The position numbers and the translations under genes are program-made. This document shows, one piece after another, positions 18,505-30,122 of a stretch of DNA of 32,000 nucleotides. Under the pieces are notes generated by a model. The model did not search any database, was not told where the DNA came from, and saw only the letters and a program-made list of their open reading frames with translations. Source of the stretch: Cylindrospermopsis raciborskii Cr2010 (GTDB taxonomy: Bacteria > Cyanobacteriota > Cyanobacteriia > Cyanobacteriales > Nostocaceae); assembly GCF_003367075.2 (NCBI RefSeq), contig NZ_CP065936.1:120001-152000 (forward strand). The letters are read 5' to 3'. Every line of letters begins with the position of its first letter. The first letter of the stretch is position 1.

Positions 18505-19236
18505 TCAGCTAGTAGATGATAGATTTTGAATTGAACCTAGTTCCTCACATATCTTTGCCCAGGCGCTCAACGGATCAGTAGCAGCAGTGATAGGTCTGCC
18601 AATTACTAAATAATCAGCACCAGATTGTAAAGCTTGCACGGGAGACAAAGAACGTTTTTGGTCATCCTTATTGGCCCACACTGGGCGCACTCCAGGACAA
18701 ACCAACAAAAAATCTGGTCGACAACTTTCCCGCAGTTGTGCTACCTCCTGGGGAGAACAAACTACCCCATCTAAACCAGCATTTTCAGCCAAGAGTGCCA
18801 TTTGTAATGCGAATTCAGGCAATTCCAAGGGAATTTTTAAGTCAAAAGCTAAATCTCGTGCTGAAATGCTAGTCAACAAGGTAATGGCAATTAATTTTGG
18901 TGGTGCTGCACCACTAGCTCCCTGGAACAATGCGTCCATCGCCCCCATAAGACAATCCTTACCACAAGTTGCGTGAATTGTCAACAAATCCACCCCATAA
19001 GTACCAGCAACACGACAAGCACTCCCTACTGTGTTAGGAATGTCGTGAAACTTTAAATCTAGGAAAACTCGCTTCTGGCGGGATTTTAAAACATCCAGAA
19101 TCCTCGGACCAACGCTGGTAAATAATTCTAAACCAACCTTCCAAAAGGACACGTCTGGTAGCAATTCTATTAATGCGATCGCCTGATCTAAAGTTGGCAC
19201 ATCTAAGGGAACAATAATCCGTTCACTGGCAATCAT
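18505..19236 (-). CDS. pyrF: Orotidine 5'-phosphate decarboxylase
   Basis: [33 protein letters not shown] (DxKxxDIPNT) and LVCPGVRP...[10 protein letters not shown]. Confidence 0.95.
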   Translation of the reverse strand: MIASERIIVPLDVPTLDQAIALIELLPDVSFWKVGLELFTSVGPRILDVLKSRQKRVFLDLKFHDIPNTVGSACRVAGTYGVDLLTIHATCGKDCLMGAMDALFQGASGAAPPKLIAITLLTSISARDLAFDLKIPLELPEFALQMALLAENAGLDGVVCSPQEVAQLRESCRPDFLLVCPGVRPVWANKDDQKRSLSPVQALQSGADYLVIGRPITAATDPLSAWAKICEELGSIQNLSSTS

Positions 19237-19269
19237 GGACTTTTACTTGTGATTTATGAGGATGGATAA

Positions 19270-20466
19270 CTATGGAACAATACGAACAAAGTTCTTTTTA
19301 CCTACTTGTAAAACTTTACCAGATAAATCTCCGGGACCAAAAAAGGTCAAATCCACATCGGTAATCTTTTCACTGTCCAAGCGCACACCACCTTCTTGAA
19401 TTTTTCTTTTACCTTCCCCTGTGCTTTTGCACAAACCAGAAGCCGAGAGAATATGAGCTAATTTGGCAGGGAATTGAGTGATATTAGCCAAAGAAAACTC
19501 CGGTAATACGCCTTCCTTCCCCTTACTTTTTGCCGCCTCCTGGGCCTGATTAGCCTGGATTTCACCATGATATTGGCGGACAATTTCCCAAGCTAAGAAC
19601 TGTTGGCGGTCTCGTGGATTATCTGGCAAGGTGTCTAAAGGTAAATCCGTCAGTAATTCAAAATACTGAGTCAGCAGATGATCCGGAACACCTTGTAGTT
19701 TCTGGTACTTTTGGGAGGGATGTTCCGACAACCCCACATAATTGCCCAGGGACTTAGACATTTTTTGAATACCATCAGTTCCAATTAAAATGGGCAATAG
19801 TAAACCAAACTGAGGACGTAAACCAAAATGCCGTTGTAAATCCCGACCTACTGCAATGTTAAATTTCTGATCAGTACCGCCCAATTCTACATCAGATTTA
19901 ATAGCCACCGAATCAAAACCCTGCATCAAAGGATAGAGGAACTCATGAAGAAAAATAGGATTCTCTTTTTTATAACGTTCGGCAAAACCCTCCTTAGCCA
20001 ACATCTGACCCACTGTCATGGTTGACAGCAACTCTAATATTTTGGCTAAATCCAAACCGGAAAGCCATTGAGAATTATAATGTACCTCTAATCTCCCAGG
20101 TGTGTCAAAATCTAAAATTGGTCTTACCTGTTCAAGATAGGTTTGGGCATTTTGTGACACATCCTCTTCTGTCAGTTGACGACGCACATCTGACTTACCT
20201 GTTGGGTCGCCAATTCTAGCAGTAAAATCACCAATAATCAAAACCGCAGTATGACCAGCATCTTGAAAGGCCCGCAGTTTTCTAACTGGGATGCTATGAC
20301 CCAGATGAATATCCGCACCGGTAGGATCAATACCCAATTTAATTCGCAAAGGATGGTCAGCATTTAATAAACGCTTTTCCAAACTTTCAGTTTCACTATC
20401 AGTATCATGGGATTGGGGAAAAATTTCCGCCACACCACGATACAACCAGGAGAAATCTTTAGCCAT
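19270..20466 (-). CDS. tyrS: Tyrosyl-tRNA synthetase
   Basis: Class I motif [19 protein letters not shown], and a C-terminal S4-like domain. Confidence 0.95.
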   Translation of the reverse strand: MAKDFSWLYRGVAEIFPQSHDTDSETESLEKRLLNADHPLRIKLGIDPTGADIHLGHSIPVRKLRAFQDAGHTAVLIIGDFTARIGDPTGKSDVRRQLTEEDVSQNAQTYLEQVRPILDFDTPGRLEVHYNSQWLSGLDLAKILELLSTMTVGQMLAKEGFAERYKKENPIFLHEFLYPLMQGFDSVAIKSDVELGGTDQKFNIAVGRDLQRHFGLRPQFGLLLPILIGTDGIQKMSKSLGNYVGLSEHPSQKYQKLQGVPDHLLTQYFELLTDLPLDTLPDNPRDRQQFLAWEIVRQYHGEIQANQAQEAAKSKGKEGVLPEFSLANITQFPAKLAHILSASGLCKSTGEGKRKIQEGGVRLDSEKITDVDLTFFGPGDLSGKVLQVGKKNFVRIVP

Positions 20467-20574
20467 ATAAAGTCATTTTCTATTGTGCCAAACTACTATA
20501 ATTGCAAAAAATTAACCTCTTTTTTCCATTTCATCAATTACATTTAAATTTATTAGTGAGGAAGTAAAATCGCT

Positions 20575-22497
20575 GTGTCTTCTAGAACTTTTACAAACAA
20601 AAACTCCCAAGAGCAGGTTTCGCCTGGCTTTGAATTTTTTAAAGGAGTAGGTCAAGTAGCTGGTGCAACTCTACTATCTGTTACTTTGCTATCCAGCTCT
20701 ATTATAGCCGGATCCCTGGTGGGACTGGCTATTAGTTTCCGCAATTTACCAGATGTTAGACAGTTACGCAGTTTCTCTCCTACAGAAACCACCTTCATAT
20801 ATGATATTAAAGGTAAGCTTTTAGCCAGTATTCATGGTGAAGCTAACCGTCAAGTTGTCCCCCTAGACAGGATTTCCCCTAATCTTAAACGTGCCGTACT
20901 TGCTAGTGAAGATGGTCACTTTTACGGTCACCATGGGATTAATCCCTCCGGTGTGGGAAGGGCCCTGGTAGTTAACTTAGTAGCTGGTGGAGTAAAAGAA
21001 GGTGGCTCTACCATCACCATGCAGCTGGTTAAAAACCTGTTTTTGTCCCATAAACGAGCATTTACTCGTAAACTAGCAGAAGCAGTCTTAGCCATTCGTC
21101 TAGAACAAATTCTAGAGAAAAATGAAATTTTGGAAATGTACCTCAATCAGGTGTATTGGGGTCACAACAACTATGGTGCCCAAACAGCAGCTCGTACCTA
21201 TTTTAACAAATCCGCAGAATTTTTAACCTTGGGCGAGTCAGCAATGATGGCTGGCTTAATTCAAGCTCCGGAAGAATTTAGTCCTTTTGTAAGCATGAAA
21301 AAGGCTAAACAAAAACAAAGAGAAGTTTTGGGTAGAATGCGTGAACTGGATTGGATTACCTCTAAAGAATATGACCAGGCAATTAATGAGAAAATTACAT
21401 TAGGTCGAATTAGATCTTTTCAAGGTAGTGCTCTACCCTATATTAGCAACACTGTGGCCCAGGAACTCTCCAGAAGGTTCGGTCGAGATGCACTGCTTAA
21501 AGGGGGTATGCGTGTGCAAACTACCGTTGATGCTAAGTTTCAAATCATGGCAGAATCCACTGTAAGTAGATGGCACCAGGATTTACTTGGCAAGGGACTG
21601 CGGAAAAACCAAATTGCTTTAGTTGCTATAGATCCACGCACACACTTTGTCAAAGCTTTAGTTGGTGGCGTAGATGCTAAAGCAAGTGAGTTCAATCGTG
21701 CAACTCAAGCTCAGAGACAACCTGGGTCTTCTTTTAAACCTTTTGTTTACTATGCCGCCTTTGCTACGGGTAAGTATACACCGGATAGCACCATATTGGA
21801 TGCTCCTGTGAGTTATCGAGATGGCAATGGTTGGTACTATCCCAGAAACTATGATGGTGGTTTTAGCGGTGCAATGTCTATTCGCACCGCTTTAGCCCAG
21901 TCCCGTAACATACCTGTAATTAAACTTGGTAAAAGCATAGGCATGAATAAGGTGGTGGAAACCTGTCGGACTTTGGGTATTATGAGTCCTATGGAGCCAG
22001 TAACATCCTTACCTCTTGGTGCAATTGGGGTTACACCACTAGAAATGGCCAGTGCCTACGCTACCTTTGCTAATTATGGATGGCAGTCTCCAGCCACAGT
22101 AATAGTACGCATTACTGATAGTAGCGGTAATGTTATATTAGATAATACACCCAAACCTCAGAGAGTTCTGGATTCTTGGGCATCAGCAGCTACCATAGAC
22201 ATTATGCAGTCAGTAGTGACCAGCGGTACAGGTAAAGGAGCAGCATTGGGTAGGCCATCAGCAGGGAAAACAGGAACAACATCCTCAGAAAAAGACATTT
22301 GGTATGTGGGTACGGTGCCACAACTGACAACAGCAGTGTGGGTGGGAAGGGATGATAACCTGCAATTATCCAGTGGTGCGACTGGTGGTGGAATGGTTGC
22401 CCCTATCTGGCGTGATTTTATGGTGCAAGCCCTAGAAAACGTGCCAGTGGAGAATTTTAAATCACCTTCCCAGTTTCCCCGTCCCAAGTCAAATTAG
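20575..22497 (+). CDS. PBP1A-family bifunctional transglycosylase/transpeptidase
   Basis: GT51 motifs AVLASEDGHFYGHHGINPSG and STITMQLVKNLF. Transpeptidase motifs SSFKP, SRN and KTGTT. GTG start. Confidence 0.93.
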   Translation: MSSRTFTNKNSQEQVSPGFEFFKGVGQVAGATLLSVTLLSSSIIAGSLVGLAISFRNLPDVRQLRSFSPTETTFIYDIKGKLLASIHGEANRQVVPLDRISPNLKRAVLASEDGHFYGHHGINPSGVGRALVVNLVAGGVKEGGSTITMQLVKNLFLSHKRAFTRKLAEAVLAIRLEQILEKNEILEMYLNQVYWGHNNYGAQTAARTYFNKSAEFLTLGESAMMAGLIQAPEEFSPFVSMKKAKQKQREVLGRMRELDWITSKEYDQAINEKITLGRIRSFQGSALPYISNTVAQELSRRFGRDALLKGGMRVQTTVDAKFQIMAESTVSRWHQDLLGKGLRKNQIALVAIDPRTHFVKALVGGVDAKASEFNRATQAQRQPGSSFKPFVYYAAFATGKYTPDSTILDAPVSYRDGNGWYYPRNYDGGFSGAMSIRTALAQSRNIPVIKLGKSIGMNKVVETCRTLGIMSPMEPVTSLPLGAIGVTPLEMASAYATFANYGWQSPATVIVRITDSSGNVILDNTPKPQRVLDSWASAATIDIMQSVVTSGTGKGAALGRPSAGKTGTTSSEKDIWYVGTVPQLTTAVWVGRDDNLQLSSGATGGGMVAPIWRDFMVQALENVPVENFKSPSQFPRPKSN

Positions 22498-22521
22498 GAG
22501 GAATTGTTAACTATTGACAAT

Positions 22522-22848
22522 CTACACCTGTTTTTCTAGCTCGGTTTTCATGCGCTCCAGAGTCAGATGCATTTGCTCGAACATTTGCTGTGGGGTCACA
22601 CCAAATTGATTGAGCTGGGTTTTTAGTTGCTCTACTGTCATTTGTGCCATGAAATCCTCTGATAACTCGAACCGCTTCATAAAGACGCGGTAACGGTCCA
22701 TCATGTTTTCCATTTGTTCAATAAACAGCTTTTTGCCTTCACGGTCAAATTTGCCGTAGTTATTACCAAGCTGAATTAGTGCCTGATAATCTTCAAATAG
22801 CTGCTTGGCCTCTTGTTGCACTATCTCAGAGTCAAAGAATCCCATTTT
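22522..22848 (-). CDS. DUF1825-like conserved cyanobacterial protein
   Basis: MGFFDSEIVQQEAKQLFEDYQALIQLGNNYGKFDREGKKLFIEQMENMMDRYRVFMKRFELSEDFMAQMT; start at internal Met. Confidence 0.8.
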   Translation of the reverse strand, partial: KMGFFDSEIVQQEAKQLFEDYQALIQLGNNYGKFDREGKKLFIEQMENMMDRYRVFMKRFELSEDFMAQMTVEQLKTQLNQFGVTPQQMFEQMHLTLERMKTELEKQV

Positions 22849-22965
22849 ACTTGTATTCAACTGAGCGAATGTATGTGGTAGCTGGAAGTTTTTTCTATCT
22901 TAACCTACATTTTAGCCTACAAGAATGGGCTTGATGGAAAGTAAAAATCCAAAATCTACAATTTC

Positions 22966-23373
22966 CTAGGGGATAACCAGAACTGGACAGGGTGAGAGGT
23001 TGATGACCCTTGTGGTCACACTGTCATTGACACCTTCTTGGGTAAGACCTAAACCTCGACAACCCATTACAATCAAATTTGCTCCTACTTCATCTGCTAC
23101 ATCACAAATTGTAAAAGCTGCTTTCCCCTGCTTTTCTAGCACTTCTGGATTAATACCATGGTTAAAAAATAAACTCTGGGCTTCCTGTAAAAGTCCGGCA
23201 ACCAACTCCGGAGATGCCATTGCTGTGTCATTCGTTTCCTCCAATGATACTTCTTCCACTACTGATAGAATTACTAGGCGGCTATTATACTGTTGGACAA
23301 TATTAACAACTATGTCCACAGCTTCTCGCGCTTCTCGACTGCCATCAATGGGAAATAGAACAGTTTTAAACAT
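22966..23373 (-). CDS. Universal stress protein (UspA family)
   Basis: MFKTVLFPIDGSREAREA...NLIVMGCRGLGLTQEG...SVTTRVINLSPCPVLVI. Confidence 0.93.
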   Translation of the reverse strand: MFKTVLFPIDGSREAREAVDIVVNIVQQYNSRLVILSVVEEVSLEETNDTAMASPELVAGLLQEAQSLFFNHGINPEVLEKQGKAAFTICDVADEVGANLIVMGCRGLGLTQEGVNDSVTTRVINLSPCPVLVIP

Positions 23374-23455
23374 AAATTATCTCCATGCCCCTTAGTCCGG
23401 TAAAATCTGGATTGTGATACTTTCAAAACAATAACAAAAACAGAATCAGGAGAGT

Positions 23456-24664
23456 TTGGCCATGTCAAAAAAAAGTTTAGCAAGTTTATCTGCTGCCGAT
23501 ATTTCTGACAAACGTGCCTTGGTACGAGTTGATTTTAACGTACCCGTGGATGATCAGGGGAATATTACTGATGACACTCGCATTCGGGCCGCCCTCCCTA
23601 CCATTCAAGATTTAATCAGCAAGGGAGCTAAGGTGATTTTAGCCAGCCACTTTGGTCGCCCCAAGGGTGTGGATGAGAAGTTACGTCTCACTCCCGTTGC
23701 CAAACGTCTTTCTGAACTTTTGGGACAAGAGGTGATCAAAACTGATGACTGTATTGGTGATGATGTCACCGCCCAGGTAGCAGCTTTAGAAAAAGGACAA
23801 GTGCTATTGCTAGAAAATGTCCGCTTCTATAAAGAAGAGGAAAACAATGATCCAGAATTTGCCCGCCAATTAGCCGCTAATGCTGATTTCTATGTTAATG
23901 ATGCTTTTGGTACTGCTCACCGGGCCCATGCTTCCACTGAAGGTGTAACTAAGTATTTAAGTCCTTCCGTGGCTGGTTATTTGGTCGAAAAAGAGTTACA
24001 ATACCTGCAGGGTGCTATTGAAGTTCCTCAACGTCCTTTGGTAGCCATTATTGGTGGGTCTAAGGTTTCTAGTAAAATCGGTGTCATTGAAACCCTGTTA
24101 GAAAAGTGCGATAAATTGATTATTGGCGGAGGGATGATTTTTACCTTCTACAAAGCGCGGGGACTAAATGTGGGCAAGTCCTTAGTAGAACAGGACAAAT
24201 TGGGACTGGCCAGTTCTCTAGAGAAAAAAGCAGCGGAACGTGGTGTGACTTTGTTGTTACCTACGGATATTGTCGCAGCTGATAAATTCGGACCCGATGC
24301 TGATGCTGTCACTGTTTCCATTGACCATATCCCCGATGACCGTATGGGTTTAGATATTGGACCTGACTCGGTTAAAGTTTTTCAAGCAGCTCTAGCTGAT
24401 TGCAAAACCGTTATCTGGAATGGACCTATGGGCGTGTTTGAATTTGACAAGTTTGCTGTCGGTACTGAAGCGATCGCCCAGACTTTAGCAGAAATTAGTA
24501 AAACTGGCGCCACAACAATTATTGGTGGTGGTGACTCTGTAGCTGCTGTAGAAAAAGTAGGTTTAGCTGACCAAATGAGCCACATTTCCACTGGTGGCGG
24601 TGCTAGTTTAGAATTATTAGAAGGTAAGGTTCTACCCGGTATTGCAGCTTTGGATGAAGCCTAA
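23456..24664 (+). CDS. pgk: Phosphoglycerate kinase
   Basis: [55 protein letters not shown]. Confidence 0.97.
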   Translation: MAMSKKSLASLSAADISDKRALVRVDFNVPVDDQGNITDDTRIRAALPTIQDLISKGAKVILASHFGRPKGVDEKLRLTPVAKRLSELLGQEVIKTDDCIGDDVTAQVAALEKGQVLLLENVRFYKEEENNDPEFARQLAANADFYVNDAFGTAHRAHASTEGVTKYLSPSVAGYLVEKELQYLQGAIEVPQRPLVAIIGGSKVSSKIGVIETLLEKCDKLIIGGGMIFTFYKARGLNVGKSLVEQDKLGLASSLEKKAAERGVTLLLPTDIVAADKFGPDADAVTVSIDHIPDDRMGLDIGPDSVKVFQAALADCKTVIWNGPMGVFEFDKFAVGTEAIAQTLAEISKTGATTIIGGGDSVAAVEKVGLADQMSHISTGGGASLELLEGKVLPGIAALDEA

Positions 24665-24693
24665 TCATCAGCTTAGCTAACTAATTAGGTTTA

Positions 24694-24719
24694 AGCTTCC
24701 CCGTTTATCCGGGGAAGCT
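24694..24719. terminator. Strong bidirectional stem-loop between convergent pgk and the PatU-like gene
   Basis: AGCTTCCCCG tttatc CGGGGAAGCT, 10-bp perfect stem. Confidence 0.75.
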
Positions 24720-24736
24720 AAATAAATTCTCTTAAA

Positions 24737-25513
24737 CTACACGGTCACATTAATTGCCAATAACAAAGGCTGAGTTTCCGCTTGTGGGAATTCAACTGCT
24801 AGGATATAGGTTTGGTTGGCACGGGGAAAGTTTAATTCTAAACTGGCTTTGTGACCTTCCTTAGAGAAGGTAGTTACGGATGTGCCATTCCCCTGAATTG
24901 TGAAACTTCCTGGAGTTGGTAACTCACCATAAACACGTAACTTCATCGTGGCACCCAAGGAAAGCAATTGTGCTTGAATAGTTAGAGTACCACCGTAACT
25001 TTCCCACTGTTGCTCTACGACTGGGTTAGAAAGGGAAATAGATAAAGTTAGACTTTCTAACAATTGTTTAGCAGCTATCAGCGACAAAGCCATTTGTTGA
25101 CGCGGTTGCAATTTAGAATAGTCTTTGTCAATACTAGGTAGGGTTTCCAAGGTGCTTACGGATCTGTAGGAACTTCTGAGTACTAATCCAGCTAAGTCGC
25201 TAATTAAATGATCCTCATCTGGAAACATATCTGACACGGCCTGTATCAATTTAGGTCCCAATGGGATACAGGATGTCACTAGTGATTGACACCTGTCCAC
25301 TAAGTGTTGAAAAACCTTATCCGGTAACGGAATTGGTAGACGGAGTTGAGATTGCTGTGCCAACCACCCCCAGGCGGGAACTAAAGCAATCCCGATATCT
25401 TCGACAAATTCTGGATACTCTACTAACTGACTTTCCCAAGGAAATAAAGGTGGGCGGTTTTGGATTTCGAGTTGTAATCGCCGCTTAAGGACGACTTGAA
25501 AACGTTCTTGCAC
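24737..25513 (-). CDS. Conserved cyanobacterial protein, candidate PatU/PatU3-like pattern-formation protein
   Basis: RRLQLEIQNRPPLFPWESQLVEYPE...WLAQQSQLRLPIPLP. Immediately downstream of the HetZ-like gene in the same orientation, as patU genes are in heterocyst formers. Assigned from motif memory and synteny. Confidence 0.5.
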   Translation of the reverse strand: MQERFQVVLKRRLQLEIQNRPPLFPWESQLVEYPEFVEDIGIALVPAWGWLAQQSQLRLPIPLPDKVFQHLVDRCQSLVTSCIPLGPKLIQAVSDMFPDEDHLISDLAGLVLRSSYRSVSTLETLPSIDKDYSKLQPRQQMALSLIAAKQLLESLTLSISLSNPVVEQQWESYGGTLTIQAQLLSLGATMKLRVYGELPTPGSFTIQGNGTSVTTFSKEGHKASLELNFPRANQTYILAVEFPQAETQPLLLAINVTV

Positions 25514-25709
25514 AGTAGGAATTTCTCCTAATTGAAAAGGTTGGGGTTCTCCCCTTAATGATGGCTTACTACTTTACTAAGTAGCAACTTTTTCACAGAG
25601 GGTCTTCTACCCGATAAATTCTCCCACACTCCACTGAGAGATTCTTGCCGCTTTGACAAAATTTGCCAAAAAGTGACTTTGATACCAGTATCGTATGAGT
25701 TGTAAGTCC

Positions 25710-26906
25710 TTATTCATAAGCAGATGGAGTGGATCCGGACAATGAATTGCGAATTTCCCATGCTTTTTCTAAAATTTTGAACCACCGTTTTTGCAGCTGG
25801 GCCACAGATAATCCCAAGTTTTTAGCTATTGTTTGGTCAGACTCTCCTTGATGTTTTAAATCTAATAAATATCTATCTTTTTCATCTAAATTGCGTATAT
25901 ATAATTCCCACTCATGGGGTGTTAGACCTAAGTTGGTTGGCAGTGACGCTTCTAGCCATTCATGCACTAATTCCCAGCGATGCAAAAGAGAAAATCGCAT
26001 TAGATGATACTTGAATCGTTGCTGCAAGTAATCTCGTTGGCGTGGAGTTAGGCCCAAAACTGATTCAATCTCCTGGGCTGAAAAGTCCTGAAGTCGCAAT
26101 GAAAAATACTCCGCACAGTCTAGTTGCTGTTTTTGCTCTAAATAATTCATTAATTCAGTAATCACCACGGAGCGCAAACTACCTTCTTCAATTTCTGGCT
26201 CTGGTTGTGTAGCTATAGCAGCCCGCAATTGGGTTAATATAGGCTCGTCCCACGAACGATCAGATTCACCACCACTTGCTTGGGTAGCTTGTTCAATATC
26301 AACACTAGTTTCTAGAGGTTGCTGTTGGGAGAAGGTCTGTGCCCTTAAAATTATTAATTGTTGCTGGCGTCCGGGTAATGGAATCCGACGTTTGGCATAC
26401 CGTTCGGTAAATGCCATATATTCTGCTAACTCTAGGAGAGTTTGAGGACGATAGTCAGGTGGTTGCTGATTCTCGCGGCGAAAGGCGTTTAGAGACTCCA
26501 AATAAAAACCTTGCAGGAAGTCCTCTATAGCAATCATTCTCCCCTGATAGCTCAATTGCCTTTGGGGTAAGTTAATATATCTATATACGATTGAACTTAA
26601 CACACTGTGTAGTTCTACCCTACCTCTATGAGATCCTAATTGGTAATACCGCAAGCACTGTTGCAGTCTATATCGGGCCAAGGTGGTGGCAGAGCTTTCT
26701 ATTTCGCCGGAGGATTGAATGCGTTTGCTTTCGTTGCAAATTCTCATTACTTCACTGGCAATTCGCACTGCTATATTGCGACAGTTTTTTTCTGTCGATT
26801 TGGTGCACTGCTGGAGTTCCCTCAGAAGAAATTCAAATATTACTTCTATCACCTCCACTCCAATAGATCGATCCTCCTTATTAATTGATGTTACCGTTGA
26901 ATTCAT
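25710..26906 (-). CDS. hetZ: HetZ-like heterocyst differentiation regulator
   Basis: 398 aa. LARYRLQQCLRYYQLGSHRGRVELHS, YRPQTLLELAEYMAFTERYAKRRIPLPGRQQQLI, and C-terminal HTH-like LGLTPRQRDYLQQRFKYHL...KNLGLSVAQLQKRWFKILEKAWEIRNSL. Confidence 0.75.
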   Translation of the reverse strand: MNSTVTSINKEDRSIGVEVIEVIFEFLLRELQQCTKSTEKNCRNIAVRIASEVMRICNESKRIQSSGEIESSATTLARYRLQQCLRYYQLGSHRGRVELHSVLSSIVYRYINLPQRQLSYQGRMIAIEDFLQGFYLESLNAFRRENQQPPDYRPQTLLELAEYMAFTERYAKRRIPLPGRQQQLIILRAQTFSQQQPLETSVDIEQATQASGGESDRSWDEPILTQLRAAIATQPEPEIEEGSLRSVVITELMNYLEQKQQLDCAEYFSLRLQDFSAQEIESVLGLTPRQRDYLQQRFKYHLMRFSLLHRWELVHEWLEASLPTNLGLTPHEWELYIRNLDEKDRYLLDLKHQGESDQTIAKNLGLSVAQLQKRWFKILEKAWEIRNSLSGSTPSAYE

Positions 26907-26925
26907 ACTCGTAACTTTAAAAATT

Positions 26926-27393
26926 ATGACAAATTTAGAAAAACAAATTCAATTACTGATTCAGAATGCGCCGAAAGATGGCATAACACCAAAACTTGTG
27001 GCGACCATCGCGCCAGTTTTAAGGGTGGCTGCGAAAAATCTTCGACACCCGCGATACTACATCCTTCAAAATTCTGAAGGATCTTGGGTTTCAACTACAC
27101 TGTGCAACAAAGCCAATCCAGAATTAGAAAAGCAGGTAATTTACGCCTTTCCTAGACTAAACGATGCTATTCGCTCTTCACACATAGAAATTAAACCCCA
27201 GGTAGTAGCTAAACCCATACCTATAATTGATATTTTATTTCAACTGTTGGCAATAACACCAGTAGATAGCATAGTTTTTATGGAAACCCCTGGAACTAAC
27301 ACCAACGCTGTGGAAGTAAGACGTGCAGATCTGGAAAATATGATTCAACAGACCCTACAGCAACACTTACCCCCCCCCACAAACATAGCCTGA
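26926..27393 (+). CDS. Conserved hypothetical protein (156 codons including stop)
   Basis: MTNLEKQIQLLIQNAPKDGITPKLVATIAPVLRVAAKNLRHPRYYILQN. The internal ATG at 26926 avoids the antisense overlap with the hetZ-like gene that the 26719 start would require. Confidence 0.7.
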   Translation: MTNLEKQIQLLIQNAPKDGITPKLVATIAPVLRVAAKNLRHPRYYILQNSEGSWVSTTLCNKANPELEKQVIYAFPRLNDAIRSSHIEIKPQVVAKPIPIIDILFQLLAITPVDSIVFMETPGTNTNAVEVRRADLENMIQQTLQQHLPPPTNIA

Positions 27394-27481
27394 TGAATGG
27401 TAAAATTGAGAGCTGGGTAGGCAGCTCGCGGCCACCATAAGAACGGGGAATCCCAGTCTCCCAGCTAAAATCCAAACTTGC

Positions 27482-28453
27482 TTAGTATAGACGACTTAGT
27501 ACGTAATCCGTCATGTTAATTAATGCTTGCTTTGATTCAGAGGGTCCTAGGTCTGCAATATGTTGCTTTGCTAGATTGGCGTGGTGATTCGCTAATTCTC
27601 TAGCTCTGGGTATCCCTTGACTATCAGAAATCAACTTCACAGCTTGCTCTAAATCCCCCTCTTGAGCAAACTCTCTTTCAATTAGTACTTCCAGAGACGG
27701 TTGCTCCTCCAGGGCAAATAAAACCGGTGCAGTTAGATTACCACTTTTGAGATCCGATGCAGCTGGTTTACCCAAAGTATCCATAGAACCAGTGAAATCT
27801 AAAATATCATCTACTATTTGAAAGGCTAAACCTAAATCCTTACCGTAATTATATAGGTTGTTAGCACTTTCTGAAGATACGTTACTCAAAATTCCAGCGG
27901 CTTTAGCACTGTTGGCAATCAATGAAGCCGTTTTGTAATAACTCTTTTTTAGGTAAGTTTCTATCGACAGATTAGTATCAAAGCGATTTAGCCCTTGCTG
28001 AATCTCTCCAGCCGCTAAATCCATGATTACTTCTGAAAGCAGTTTCACTACCTCTAGGTTATCTAGATTGGCCAAGTACCAGGAAGATTGGGCAAATAGA
28101 AAATCTCCAGCTAACACTGCAATGCGATTGCCAAACAAACTATGAACTGTAGGCACTCCTCTACGTATATCTGATTCATCCACTACATCATCATGAACTA
28201 AACTGGCTGTATGAATCATCTCTGTAATTTCAGCCAATCGTCTGTGACCTAGGGAGATGTCTTCTTCTAGCGTTGTAGCCCGCGATATTAATAAAACAAT
28301 GGCTGGTCTGATACGCTTACCCCCAGCACCGAATAAATGTTCAGCTGCTGCATAGAGAATGGGGTGGCGATTTCCAACTAGCTGTGTCAGGTTATCTGCT
28401 AGTATTCGCAGGTCTGCTTCCACAGGGGTAAACAGGAAGGTGGCTGGGGTCAT
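27482..28453 (-). CDS. sds: Trans-polyprenyl (probably solanesyl) diphosphate synthase
   Basis: GGKRIRPAIVLL, first Asp-rich motif LVHDDVVDESDIRRG, second Asp-rich motif GLAFQIVDDILDFTG. Confidence 0.9.
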   Translation of the reverse strand: MTPATFLFTPVEADLRILADNLTQLVGNRHPILYAAAEHLFGAGGKRIRPAIVLLISRATTLEEDISLGHRRLAEITEMIHTASLVHDDVVDESDIRRGVPTVHSLFGNRIAVLAGDFLFAQSSWYLANLDNLEVVKLLSEVIMDLAAGEIQQGLNRFDTNLSIETYLKKSYYKTASLIANSAKAAGILSNVSSESANNLYNYGKDLGLAFQIVDDILDFTGSMDTLGKPAASDLKSGNLTAPVLFALEEQPSLEVLIEREFAQEGDLEQAVKLISDSQGIPRARELANHHANLAKQHIADLGPSESKQALINMTDYVLSRLY

Positions 28454-29062
28454 GGATGGGCGGACTCTGACTTTAGTTACGAAAGTTTACATATTCTTTA
28501 CTCATTTTAAGATAAACCATCAAGGCCGCAAAGTTATCGGTTAATAGTTGACCACAATTGTTACTTTTCCTGGCTTTTTGTATCCCTGGTTACCATTTGC
28601 TTTTAGTTGTTTAAAGTTAAAACTCGATGAAATTAAACTTGGTTAACCATATTTTATCTCTTTTATTAGCTTAAAAACTTATATATCTGTGTAAAGTTGG
28701 TAAAAATTCAAACTAGACTTGCAAGTAGGGCTTGACGCAGGTGACTATGGTCATAACTGAAAAATAAACTCAAAATTTTGCACAAATTTTATTTCCTCAT
28801 GTTAGACTAAAATCTAGAAATTTTAAATTTTTGAGCTATTCACTTCCGAGAAGAAATTCCTCATCAGTAGGTAATTCTGCTCATGGCGTATGTGAGTACA
28901 AAATAAATTGTTGTCCGCGAAATCAGGAAGTTTATTCCGACAATTTTGATGTGGGAAAAATACTTTCCCACGTAGATAGTGTGGTTTCAGCTGGGCTAAT
29001 AGGCTCTGTAGTTAGTAACGGTTCTAACTTTATGTTTTTTTGGGGGTTGGGATGGTTTAAAA

Positions 29063-29242
29063 ATGAATTATGAGAATGTGCCTATGATGATATTTATTTT
29101 AGCTTCCGGATACTTGTTAATTGTCTATTTGTTGTTAGCTCTGGCTAAACGAAGCACCGGGAGTTTGTCTCGCACAGAAAGAGTTCCCGGACAACATCAA
29201 AAGCAAGCAAAGCTCGACAAAAAGGTTGCTGAACTTGGTTAA
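29063..29242 (+). CDS. Small single-span membrane protein, 59 aa, below the ORF-track length cutoff
   Basis: Read directly: MNYENVPMMIFILASGYLLIVYLLLALAKRSTGSLSRTERVPGQHQKQAKLDKKVAELG*. Hydrophobic helix then charged tail. Confidence 0.55.
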   Translation: MNYENVPMMIFILASGYLLIVYLLLALAKRSTGSLSRTERVPGQHQKQAKLDKKVAELG

Positions 29243-29282
29243 TATTATAGTTGTAGCCAGAACACCTACTTAGTGGTTCTGA

Positions 29283-30056
<774 letters not shown>

Positions 30057-30122
30057 AATTCAGAAGATAGGGCCTGCGTCATAGCAAGCCCAAATTGAGT
30101 AATAGGATTCATGGATACCCAA

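Noticed and set aside
26719-26925. N-terminal extension of the 26719..27393 ORF
   Set aside because: It lies antisense to the hetZ-like 5' coding region. An internal ATG at 26926 gives a plausible protein without overlap.
27370-27378. Nine-C homopolymer near the 3' end of the 26926..27393 ORF as a phase-variation tract
   Set aside because: It lies 5-8 codons from the stop, so slippage would change only the tail. No supporting evidence of variability.
28831-29073. 80-aa ORF MSYSLPRRNSSSVGNSAHGVCEYK...
   Set aside because: Low-complexity start, no recognisable domain, and it overlaps the start of the more convincing 59-aa membrane ORF.
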